The position numbers and the translations under genes are program-made. A stretch of 64,000 nt of DNA from an uncultured Candidatus Rokubacteria bacterium (GTDB lineage: Bacteria > Methylomirabilota > Methylomirabilia > Rokubacteriales > CSP1-6), in the NCBI GenBank assembly GCA_963771355.1, contig CAVYTA010000005.1:320001-384000 (forward strand), written 5' to 3'. Below, piece after piece: positions 30,786 to 39,653 of the stretch. How positions within the stretch are numbered: the stretch's first letter is position 1; each line of letters starts with the position of its first letter. The notes beneath the pieces were generated by a model. That model was not told the origin of the DNA and searched no databases. It was given only the letters and a program-made list of their open reading frames with translations.

Positions 30786-31061
30786 TCAGCCGGCGTTGAA
30801 GTCGCGCGCCAGCGCGATCATGCGCGGATCGTCCAGCGAGGGCGCGAACGACGGGTAGAGCTGGGTGCGGTCGTAGAGCCCCGCATACCGCCGCAGGCGG
30901 TGCGCGTCCGGGGATCGAGCAGATCGCGGACAGCGTCGGCGACCAGGTTGAGGGCCAGCACCATCACGAAGATCGCGAAGCCCGGCAGCCCCCGCGGTGG
31001 TGAGGATCTTGGCGCCGACATCCAGACTGAATGCCACCACGACGGGCGAGAGCAAGTGGGG
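30786..31061 (-). pseudogene. Mosaic relic: 3' end of an LLM gene fused to two pieces of the dppC-like permease 3' end
   Basis: 30786-~30890 resembles 31835-~31937; 30894-30988 matches 32869-32963 with 4 mismatches; 30990-31061 is identical to 33066-33137. Confidence 0.85.
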
Positions 31062-31094
31062 TGATTGAGTGAGTCGCGGACGGCTGCCCAGCGT

Positions 31095-31838
31095 TCAGGC
31101 GCGCGGCTGGGTTGCGAGGAGCCGGCCCCAGCCCGCCACGCGCTCGCCCGCGCCGGCCGCGCGGAGGAGCCACCAGAGCGAGGCGCTCTGGCTCGTGACC
31201 ACCGGCTTGCCCAGGGCGCGCTCCAGCGGCTCGATGGCGTCGGCGGTCGGCAGGCCGGTCCCGCTGATGAGGACGGCCTCGGCGCCGGGCGCGTCAGCGG
31301 CTCGGCCGAGCGCGATCACGCGCTCGGTGGTCTCCTCGTAGATGTTCGCGACGCCGTCCATCCGGCGGTGGTCCACGATCTCGAGCCCCGCCGCCTCCCA
31401 GTAGGCGCGCCCCGCGGTGGCGATCACGTCGGGGTAGGGTGTCCCGAGGGCGACCCGGCGCACGCCGAGGTGCGCGAGCGCGGCCAGGATGGCGCGCGCC
31501 GCGGTGGTGGCGGGGGCGCGGGCCAGGTCGTGGAGCTGCCGGAGCAGCGGGTCCTCCCGCGCGTAGCCGGTGAGATAGCTCACCCCCGTGTGGGCAAGGA
31601 CGAGCGCGGCGAGCCCGACGTCAGCCAGCGTGCGCGCGGCGGCCGGCACGGAGTCGAGATAGCCGAGCGTGCGCTGCTCCATGCCGGCGGGCGCGCCGGG
31701 CGGGCCGTCGCCCACCGACGCCATCCGCGCGAAATGCAGGGTCACCGTTGGCGGCGCCATCCGGTAGAGCTCGGGCTCCACCGTCGGGTTGCCTGAGGGC
31801 ACGAGCACGCCCAGCCGCGCGGCCACGATGCGGCTCAC
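31095..31838 (-). CDS. Asp/Glu racemase superfamily protein (maleate isomerase/arylmalonate decarboxylase-like)
   Basis: RLGVLVPSGNPTVEPE, RRVALGTPY, LERALGKPVVTSQSA; GTGA overlap with the LLM stop. Confidence 0.85.
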   Translation of the reverse strand: MSRIVAARLGVLVPSGNPTVEPELYRMAPPTVTLHFARMASVGDGPPGAPAGMEQRTLGYLDSVPAAARTLADVGLAALVLAHTGVSYLTGYAREDPLLRQLHDLARAPATTAARAILAALAHLGVRRVALGTPYPDVIATAGRAYWEAAGLEIVDHRRMDGVANIYEETTERVIALGRAADAPGAEAVLISGTGLPTADAIEPLERALGKPVVTSQSASLWWLLRAAGAGERVAGWGRLLATQPRA

Positions 31839-32851
31839 CCGTTGAACTCCCGCGCGAGGCGTTGCATCCGCGGGTCGTCCAGGGACGGCGCGAAGGACGG
31901 ATAGAGCTGGGTGCGGTCGTAGAGCCCGGCGAAGCGCTCCCGGATGCGGGCGCCGATCTCCGCCCACGAGCCGATCACCGCAAAGTCCTCGAGCATGGTG
32001 TCGCTGATGAGATCGGCCATGCCCTTCCAGTCGCCCTCCAGCGATTTCGCGTGCAGCCGAGGAGAGAGATCGTCGAGGCCGTGGGCGGCGAGCACAGCGG
32101 CATAGGTGCGGGTGGACGCGTAGAAGGCGATCTGCTGCTTCACCGCCTGCTTCTGCTGCTCGATCTCCTCTCGCGTGTCGCCCACGATGACCATGGTCGA
32201 GGCGCGGAAGGTGAAGTCGAGCCGCGAGCGGCCGGCGCGGTGCAGGCCCTCCGCCACCGCGGGGTGCAGGATCTCGCGGAGGTATTTGGCCGAGTGGAAG
32301 GAGTGGATGTGCAGCCCCTCCGCCACCTCGCCGGCCAGCCGTGCCATGTACGGATTCACTCCCGCGAGGTAGATGGGGATATGCGGGTGCTCGATGGGTC
32401 CGGGATCGAAGAACGGCGTCATGAGATCGAAGCGGTACCACCGGCCATGGTAGTTCAGCGGCGCCTTGGTCTGCCACGTGTGCCAGATGGCCCGCAGCGC
32501 CTCCACCATCTCGCGGAGCCGCGGACCCGGCGGCTCCCACTTCACCGAGAAGCGCCGCTCGTTGTGGGCCTTGACCTGGGTGCCCAGCCCCAGGGTGAAG
32601 CGCCCGCCGGAGGCCTTCTGGAGATCCCAGGCGATCTGGGCGAGCACCATGGGGCTTCGCGCGAAGGCGATGGCGATGGCGGTGCCGAGCGCGATGCGCG
32701 AGGTGGACGTGGCGGCCACCGCCAGGGGCAAGAACGCGTCGTGCTTGGTCTCGGCGGCCCACAGCGCGCCGAACCCGAGCTCCTCCGCGCGACGCGCGTA
32801 GTCGGGGACGGCGCGCAGGTCGAAGGAGAGGAAGCCGGTGTCGAGCCGCAT
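31835..32851 (-). CDS. LLM-class oxidoreductase, probably F420-dependent (MSMEG_2256-like)
   Basis: AETKHDAFLPL, GTAIAIAFARSP, LGLGTQVKAHNERRF, QIAFYASTRTY. Confidence 0.88.
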   Translation of the reverse strand: MRLDTGFLSFDLRAVPDYARRAEELGFGALWAAETKHDAFLPLAVAATSTSRIALGTAIAIAFARSPMVLAQIAWDLQKASGGRFTLGLGTQVKAHNERRFSVKWEPPGPRLREMVEALRAIWHTWQTKAPLNYHGRWYRFDLMTPFFDPGPIEHPHIPIYLAGVNPYMARLAGEVAEGLHIHSFHSAKYLREILHPAVAEGLHRAGRSRLDFTFRASTMVIVGDTREEIEQQKQAVKQQIAFYASTRTYAAVLAAHGLDDLSPRLHAKSLEGDWKGMADLISDTMLEDFAVIGSWAEIGARIRERFAGLYDRTQLYPSFAPSLDDPRMQRLAREFNG

Positions 32852-32867
32852 GGGGTCGCCTCCGCGC

Positions 32868-33755
32868 TCAGGCCGTGCGTGTCCGGGGATCGAGCAGATC
32901 GCGGACGGCGTCGCCGACCAGGTTGAGGGCCAGCACCATCACGAAGATCGCGAAGCCCGGCAGGAGCACCACGTGCGGGCTCAGGATGACGAATTGCCGG
33001 CCGGTGGCGAGCATGCTCCCCCAGTCCGCCGTCGGGGGCTGGGTGCCCAGCCCGAGGAAGGACAGCCCCGCGGTGGTGAGGATCTTGGCGCCGACATCCA
33101 GACTGAATGCCACCACGACGGGCGAGAGCAAGTGGGGCACCACGTGGCGGGCGAGGATGTGCCGGTCGGGGCTGCCCAGCGCGCGCGCCGCCTCCACGAA
33201 CTCGCGCTCGCGCACCGAGAGCACCACCCCGCGCACCAGCCGCGCGTAGATGGGGAAGCCCACGATGGCGATGGCGATCATGGCGTTGCGGAGCCCGGGG
33301 CCCAGCCCGGCCACGATGGCGATGGCGAGGAGGATGAAGGGGAAGGCCATCAGGATATCGGTGAACCGCATGATGAGGGACTCGACCCAGCCACGGTAGT
33401 AGCCGGCGAGGAGCCCGAGGCTCACGCCCATCAGCATCGCCGCCGCCGCGGTGCCGACCCCCGCGAGCAGCGAGACCCGCGCGCCCCAGACCAGGCGGCT
33501 GAGGAGATCGCGGCCGAACTCGTCGGTGCCCAGGGAATGCCCGGGCGTGCCCGGCGGCCTGAGCCGGCTCGGCGTGTCCACCGTGTCGGGGTCGGGGAGC
33601 GGGAGCCAGGGCGCGGCGAGCGCGGCCGTGATGGCCAGCGCGATGGCGGCCACGGCGACGACGGCGAGGCGGTTACGACGGAGCGCGTGGACGAGCGGCG
33701 AATCTGATCTACGGTCGTCGCGAGCAACGACCTCTGTAAGGTGGCTTCGCCTCAT
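32868..33755 (-). CDS. Peptide/nickel ABC transporter permease (DppC-like)
   Basis: LGTDEFGRDLLSRLVWGARVSL; EAA loop FVEAARALG. Confidence 0.93.
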   Translation of the reverse strand: MRRSHLTEVVARDDRRSDSPLVHALRRNRLAVVAVAAIALAITAALAAPWLPLPDPDTVDTPSRLRPPGTPGHSLGTDEFGRDLLSRLVWGARVSLLAGVGTAAAAMLMGVSLGLLAGYYRGWVESLIMRFTDILMAFPFILLAIAIVAGLGPGLRNAMIAIAIVGFPIYARLVRGVVLSVREREFVEAARALGSPDRHILARHVVPHLLSPVVVAFSLDVGAKILTTAGLSFLGLGTQPPTADWGSMLATGRQFVILSPHVVLLPGFAIFVMVLALNLVGDAVRDLLDPRTRTA

Positions 33756-34705
33756 TTATTGAACTTGATCCGGGGATCCAGCCACGCATAGAGCGTGTCC
33801 ACCGCGAGGTTGACCAGCACGAACGAGAGCGCGATGACCAGCACGCCCCCCTGCACGAGCGGCATGTCGCGCGCCAGGATGCCCTGGACCACCAGGGTGC
33901 CCACGCCGGGCCAGGCGAAGACGGTCTCGGTGAGGACGGCACCGCCGAGCAGATAGCCGGCCTGCACGCCCACCACGGTGACGATCGGGATGAGGGCGTT
34001 CTTGAGCGCGTGCCGCCAGACCACCATGCGCTCGCCCAAACCCTTGGCGCGCGCGGTGCGGACATAGTCCTGGCCGAGCGTGTCCAGCATGGTGGCGCGC
34101 GTGAGCCGGGCGATGATGGTGACCGACGCCGCCGCGAGCGTCACCGCGGGCAGGACGAGATGGGCGAGGAGGTCTCCGAGCCCGCCCCCGCCATAGGGCG
34201 CGTACATGCCCGAGGCCGGCAGCCAGCCCAGCCAGAGGGAGAAGATCACCATCAGCACGATTCCCAGCCAGAACACCGGCATGCTCGCCCCGAAGAGGGA
34301 GGCGACGCCGGAGAGGCGGTCGAGGAGGGAGTTGGCGCGCGTGGCCGAAGCGATGCCGAGCGCGATGCCGCCGAGGGTGGAGAGGAGGAGCGCGCTCCCG
34401 GTGAGGAGGAGCGTGGCCTTGAAGCGCTCGAGCACCTCGCCCAGCACCGGCCGCTTCATCCACAGCGAGCGGCCGAGGTCGCCCTGGACCACCTGGCCGA
34501 TCCAGTGCAGGTACTGGACGTGCAGCGGCTGGTCCAGCCCGAGCTGGGTGCGGAGGCGGTCGAGATCCTCCTTGTTGGCATTGGCGCCCAGCATCACCTC
34601 GGCGGGATCGCCCGGCGCCAGGTGCAGCACCATGAACACGATCACCGACACCCCGAGCAGCACGGGCCCCAGATGCAGGAGCCGGCGCGCGAGGAAGGGA
34701 CCCAC
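33752..34705 (-). CDS. Peptide/nickel ABC transporter permease (DppB-like)
   Basis: APGDPA, GDLGRSL, DYVRTARAKGL, HALKNALIP. Confidence 0.93.
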   Translation of the reverse strand: MGPFLARRLLHLGPVLLGVSVIVFMVLHLAPGDPAEVMLGANANKEDLDRLRTQLGLDQPLHVQYLHWIGQVVQGDLGRSLWMKRPVLGEVLERFKATLLLTGSALLLSTLGGIALGIASATRANSLLDRLSGVASLFGASMPVFWLGIVLMVIFSLWLGWLPASGMYAPYGGGGLGDLLAHLVLPAVTLAAASVTIIARLTRATMLDTLGQDYVRTARAKGLGERMVVWRHALKNALIPIVTVVGVQAGYLLGGAVLTETVFAWPGVGTLVVQGILARDMPLVQGGVLVIALSFVLVNLAVDTLYAWLDPRIKFNK

Positions 34706-34723
34706 GGAGAGGGGCGCCGTTCG

Positions 34724-36286
34724 CTACCGGAGGCTGATCGTCTCCACGCGGAGGTCGAAGCTCGGGTGAAGCTTGAAGCCCTGCACGCGCTTCGAGGTCG
34801 CGGCGATCTGGATCTCGTGGTCCACGAAGACCCAGGGGGCGTCCTCGATCAGGATGCGCTGGGCCTCGCGGTACAGCGCCGCCCGCTTGGCCTGATCGGT
34901 GACCTGGCGCGCCTCCGCGAGGAGGGCGTCGAACTTCTCGTTCTTGTACATGGCCCGATTGGGTCCGTTGGGCGTCCACTGGCTCGAGTGGAAGAGCGGA
35001 TACATCACCATGTCCGGGTCCTCGGACCCGGCGGCCCAGGAGAGCGCGAAGAGATCCTGCTCCTTGGTGCGGAGCTTGGCGATGTAGGCGCCCCATTCCA
35101 TGGTCTGCAGCGTGACGTTCACGCCCACCGCGCGCAGGTTCGACTGCATGACCACCGCCATGGCCACCGGCGACTGCATGCCGGAGCCCGACTCCGGCAC
35201 CCACATGGTGGTCGAGAAGCCGTTGGGGTAGCCCGCCTCGGCGAGGAGCTTCTTGGCCTTGGCGGGATCGTAGGCATAGGCGGGGAGATTGGGATCGGCG
35301 CCCCAGGTCCCGGGCAGCACGGGGCCGCGCGAGACGGCCCCCGTGCCCTTGAGCACGTCCTTGACGATGGCGTCCTTGTTCACCGCGTAGTTCAGGGCCT
35401 GGCGCACGCGCTTGTCGTCGAGCGGCTTCTTGGTGTTGTTGATACCGAGGTACCAGACATGCGCGCCCACCTGCTTGAGGAGATTCGCCTTGGGGCTTCC
35501 CTCGAGCTGGGCCACGAAGTCGGGGGGCACGCCCACGATGAGGTCGAGGGTGCCGGTGAGGAGCTCGGTCAGGCGTGCCTGGTCCTCCACGATGGGCCGG
35601 TAGACCACGCGGTCGAACTTCACCGCGCCCTTCCAGTACTCGGGGAACTTCTCGAGCACCACCGACTGCCCGCGCGCCCACGAGCCGTAGCGGAAGGGGC
35701 CGGTGCCCACGGGGGCGAGGGCGAAATCTACGCCGGCCTTGGTGGCGGCGGTGGGGCTCACCATGGAGGCGGCGGCCGCGGCCATGACGACGAGGAAGGA
35801 GGCGCGCGGCTCCTTCAAGACGAAGCGGACAGTGGAATCGTCCATCGCCTCGATGGCCTTCACGTTGCCGAAGAAGTAGTTGGCGAAAGGGTACTTCCCC
35901 AGCTTGTTGGCGGGATGCTCGGGGTTGATCTGGCGCTCGATGGAGAACTTCGCGGCGGCGGCGTTGAAGGGAGTGCCGTCGTGGAACTTCACTCCCTTGC
36001 GGAGCTTGAAGGTGTACTGGAGCCCGTCGGGCGAGATGGTCCAGGACTCGGCCAGGCCGGGCACGATCTGGGTGGTCTCTTCCGCGAACGTCACCAGCGG
36101 CTCCACGATGCGCCGGCCGACCCGGTTGGAGTTGAAGTCCGTCACCTGCGCGGGATCCAGATTCACCGGCTCCGCCACCAGCCCGACCACGAGCGTGCCG
36201 GCGGGCTGGGCCGTGGCCGACCCGCCGCCCAGGGTCAGCGCGAGCGGGAGGAGCAGAGCGAGGATGCCGAGGCGTCCGATCTTCAT
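34724..36286 (-). CDS. ABC substrate-binding protein, family 5 (DppA-like)
   Basis: ATG after GGAGG; signal peptide; PGLAESW...YTFKLRKGVKFHDG; PVGTGPF; RVRQALNYAV. Confidence 0.93.
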   Translation of the reverse strand: MKIGRLGILALLLPLALTLGGGSATAQPAGTLVVGLVAEPVNLDPAQVTDFNSNRVGRRIVEPLVTFAEETTQIVPGLAESWTISPDGLQYTFKLRKGVKFHDGTPFNAAAAKFSIERQINPEHPANKLGKYPFANYFFGNVKAIEAMDDSTVRFVLKEPRASFLVVMAAAAASMVSPTAATKAGVDFALAPVGTGPFRYGSWARGQSVVLEKFPEYWKGAVKFDRVVYRPIVEDQARLTELLTGTLDLIVGVPPDFVAQLEGSPKANLLKQVGAHVWYLGINNTKKPLDDKRVRQALNYAVNKDAIVKDVLKGTGAVSRGPVLPGTWGADPNLPAYAYDPAKAKKLLAEAGYPNGFSTTMWVPESGSGMQSPVAMAVVMQSNLRAVGVNVTLQTMEWGAYIAKLRTKEQDLFALSWAAGSEDPDMVMYPLFHSSQWTPNGPNRAMYKNEKFDALLAEARQVTDQAKRAALYREAQRILIEDAPWVFVDHEIQIAATSKRVQGFKLHPSFDLRVETISLR

Positions 36287-36346
36287 CGCGCGACCTCCAG
36301 ATTCGAGGGAAGGAATCGACACGTTACCGCGACATCGTATACTATT

Positions 36347-36458
36347 TTTCCGCTCGCCTCGCCTTCGGCTGCAGCTCGCCAAGCTCGAACTTTCCGCTCG
36401 CCTCGCCTTCGGCTGCAGCTCGCCAAGCTCGAACTCTCCGCTCGCCTCGCCTTCGGCT
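36347..36458. repeat. Intergenic 44-bp tandem repeat, 2.5 copies
   Basis: TTTCCGCTCGCCTCGCCTTCGGCTGCAGCTCGCCAAGCTCGAAC starts at 36347 and 36391; partial copy at 36435. Confidence 0.9.
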
Positions 36459-36462
36459 CGAG

Positions 36463-37380
36463 TCATGGCACCTGGAGCCGGCCCTCGATGAGGGGCACCA
36501 CGCTGCCGCCCACCTCGATCTCGGCGAGATGGCCGTCGCGCGCGACTCCACGAATGTGCAACCGGCTCGGCCTTCCCATCTTCACGCCCTGGTCGCTCAC
36601 GATCTCGACCTTGCCGCTCGCGTTGACGAGCCGGTGCCGCACGAGATACGCGCCGAGCGGTCCACTGGCCGAGCCGGTGGCCGGGTCCTCGGGAATGCCC
36701 GACGTGTGCGGGGCGAACATGCGCGAGTGAACGCGGCCGGCGGCGGGATCGGGGCCGGGGGCGAAGATGAAGATGCCCACCAGCGGCTGGTCTCCCAGCG
36801 CTTTGATGATCTTCGGCACGTCGAGGAGGGCACGGTCGACCGTGGCCCGGTCGCGGAGCGGCACGAAGAGGAACCGCGAGCCGGTGGAGCCGGACTGGAT
36901 GGGGGCGCCGGGCACCAGGTCGGCCTCGGCCAGGCCGAGCGCCGCCGCCACCTCGGCACGATTGGCCAGCTCCGGCCCCCACTCCGGCTCGCGATGGCGC
37001 ATCCAGAGGAAGCTGGGCCGGGCGGGATCGCCCTCGAGCGTCACCGGCACGGGGCCGATGCCTTCCTCCAAATTGAACGCGGAGGCGTTTTCCGGCAGGA
37101 GCCCGTGGGCGGCCAGCACCCAGGCGGTGCCGATGGTGGGATGCCCGGCGAACGGGAGCTCGCGGGCGGGGGTGAAGATCCGGACGCGCGCCGTGCAGTC
37201 CCCGCGGGTGGGCGGCAGGATGAAGGTCGTCTCGGAGAGGTTCATCTCCTTGGCGATGGCCTGCATCTCGCCGTCCGTCAGGCCGGTGGCCTCGAACACG
37301 ACCGCGAGGGGATTGCCCCCGAAGACGCGATCGGTGAAGACGTCGACGTGGACGAAGCGGTACTCGCGCGCCGCGCTCAC
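36463..37380 (-). CDS. PhzF family isomerase
   Basis: VDVFTDRVFGGNPLAVV, EMNLSETTF, ELPFAGHPT, EDPATGSA. Confidence 0.92.
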   Translation of the reverse strand: MSAAREYRFVHVDVFTDRVFGGNPLAVVFEATGLTDGEMQAIAKEMNLSETTFILPPTRGDCTARVRIFTPARELPFAGHPTIGTAWVLAAHGLLPENASAFNLEEGIGPVPVTLEGDPARPSFLWMRHREPEWGPELANRAEVAAALGLAEADLVPGAPIQSGSTGSRFLFVPLRDRATVDRALLDVPKIIKALGDQPLVGIFIFAPGPDPAAGRVHSRMFAPHTSGIPEDPATGSASGPLGAYLVRHRLVNASGKVEIVSDQGVKMGRPSRLHIRGVARDGHLAEIEVGGSVVPLIEGRLQVP

Positions 37381-37396
37381 CCCGCCGCGCCGCCGC

Positions 37397-39035
37397 TCAC
37401 GAGTACATCGAGAAGTCCACCGCCTTCTCGGTGATGAACTCGAGCAGCGCGGGCTTCCCCTCCTGCGTCTGCTTGATCGCCCGCTTGATGGCGGGCACGA
37501 TCTCGCCGGGCTCGGTGACGCGCTCACCGTGGCCCCCGAAGGCCTTGGCCATGTCGGCGTAGTTGCCGCTGATGTCGGTGCTCCGGAACTTCTCCGTCGC
37601 CACCGCCATCACCTTGAGCTCGATGGCCATGGAGAAGTTGTTGAGGAGCACCGAGAGGATGGGGATGCGCTCCCGCACCGCGGTCTCGAAATCCATGCCG
37701 GTGAAGCCGATGGCGGCATCGCCCCAGAGGTTGATGCAGAGCTTCTGGGGGGCGGCGAGCTTGGCGCCCATGGCCAGCCCGAGCCCGTAGCCGAGCTGGG
37801 TGGTCTTCCCCCAGCCGATATAGGACAGCGGCGTCACCGTCTCCCAGAAGGGCGAGAGCTGGTCCCGGGGGCTGCCCGCGTCGTGGGTGATGATGGTGTT
37901 CGTGAGGTCCACCGTCTGCATGAGGTCCCAGATCACGCGGTAGGGCGACAGCGGCTTGGTGTTCTGGGTCAGCCGCGGCATCCACTGGTTGAGCCACTCC
38001 GACTTCACCGTCTTGATGCCGTGCGGTAACCTTGTCGAGCCGGCCGCGGGGCGCGCCCTTGATCCGATCCTTCACCTCGACGATGAGGGCATCCAGCACG
38101 AGCCCCGCGTCGCCGATGAGCGCGTGGTCGGCGGGCACGTCCTTGTTGAGGTCGAGCGGATCGAGGGTGGAGTGGATCATCACCTTGCCCTTCGGGAAGG
38201 TGATGCCGTAGTTCGTGGTGGAGAAGCTGCAGCCCACCCCGAAGATGACGTCGGACTCCTGGAGGAACTGGTGGACGGCCTTGGGCAGCGACCGCCCGCC
38301 CGAGCCGAGCGACAGCGGGTGGCTCTCCGGGAACGCGCTCTTGCCCTCGAGGCTGGTGGTCACCGGGCACTCGAGCAGCTCGGCGAGCTGGCGGAGCTGC
38401 GGCCAGGCCTGGGCGTAGTGCACGCCCTGGCCCGCGTAGATCACGGGGCGCTCGGCGGCCACCAGCACGCGCGCGGCCTCCGCCACGTCCTTCGGGTCCG
38501 GCGCGATGCGGGTGCGCGGCGTCGCCTTGTACACCAGGGGCTCCGGCACCTCCTCCATCATCATGTCCACCGGGATCTCCACCAGCACCGGGCGCGGCCG
38601 GCCGTTCTTCACCTGGGTGAAGGCCCGGCGCATGGCGTCGGGCACGTCCACCGCGCGGATCACCCACTCCGCCCACTTGGTGACGTGCCGGTAGTTGAGC
38701 GTGGAGGAGAAGTTGGGCGTGATGCCGGCGATCTTCCGCGGATAGCCGCCGGGGATCACCACGATGGGCACCGAGTCGCCGAAGGCCTGAGCCACGCCGC
38801 CGAAGGCGTTCTCGGTGCCGGGCCCGTGCTGCATCGCGAAGACGCCGATCTTCCGGCCCGACGTGATCCGGCTCACCGCGTCCGCCATGTGCAGCCCGGT
38901 GCGCTCCTGCCGCACGATGATGGTGCGGATGTCGGCGGCGGCGGCGGCCTCGAGCACGTGGTTGACGGGATAGCCGATCAGGAACTCGACTCCCTCGCGC
39001 TTCAGGATCTCGGCGATCGCATCGATGACCTTCAT
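37397..39035 (-). CDS. Thiamine-diphosphate-dependent enzyme (acetolactate synthase-like); frameshift near 38020
   Basis: RQERTG, HGPGTEN, GRPRPVLVEIP in ORF 37524..39563; WGDAA...LLNN TPP motif in ORF 37397..38008. Confidence 0.88.
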
Positions 39036-39120
39036 GACGCCTCCTTGGTTGGAATAGCCGAGAGAGTACACCAATTCACCGGGCCGCGGGCGGGCCGCTC
39101 GGCGCGCCCCCTTTTCGCGC

Positions 39121-39149
39121 TTGACCCGCCGCCCGGCCCTCCTTAGGGT
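39121..39149 (+). promoter_or_regulatory. sigma70-type promoter
   Basis: TTGACC-N17-TAGGGT upstream of the RidA gene. Confidence 0.5.
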
Positions 39150-39197
39150 GCTGGTGTTCGACGGTTCATGGCGGCGAACCCCCACGGGAGGGCGAAC

Positions 39198-39653
39198 ATG
39201 GCGAAGCGAGCGAAGCGCGGGCGGGCAGTGAAACGGTCGGCACGGCCGAAGCGGGCGAGCCGTCCCCACCGGCAAGAGCTCCGCGTCCCCGGGATGTCGG
39301 AGCCGATCAGCCACTTCACCCACGTGGTGCGGGCGGGCAACATCGTCTTCGTCTCGGGCTGCGTGGCTTCCGACGAGCACGGCCGCACCGTGGGCGGGGA
39401 CGACGCCACCGCCCAGGCGCGCAAGGCACTGGACAACATCAAGGCCTGCCTCACTGCCGCCGGCGCCACCTTCGCCGACGTCTGCAAGGTGACGGTGTTC
39501 CTCAAGAACATCGCCGATCGCGAGAAGGTCAACGTGGCGCGCAAGGAGTACTTCGGCGCCCACCGGCCCGCCAGCACCCTGGTGGAGATCTCCCAGTTCG
39601 TGCGGCCCGACATCCTGGTGGAGATCGAGGCCACGGCGGTGGTGGCGAGGTGA
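39198..39653 (+). CDS. RidA/YjgF family protein with a basic N-terminal extension
   Basis: VFVSG, PASTLVEI, LVEIEATA; GGGAGG RBS. Confidence 0.88.
   Translation: MAKRAKRGRAVKRSARPKRASRPHRQELRVPGMSEPISHFTHVVRAGNIVFVSGCVASDEHGRTVGGDDATAQARKALDNIKACLTAAGATFADVCKVTVFLKNIADREKVNVARKEYFGAHRPASTLVEISQFVRPDILVEIEATAVVAR

Noticed and set aside
30786..31061. Possible DGR template/variable repeat pair
   Set aside because: No reverse transcriptase in the window; differences are mostly synonymous and not adenine-specific.
36347..36458. Possible CRISPR array
   Set aside because: Units are directly adjacent with no unique spacers, and no cas genes are present.
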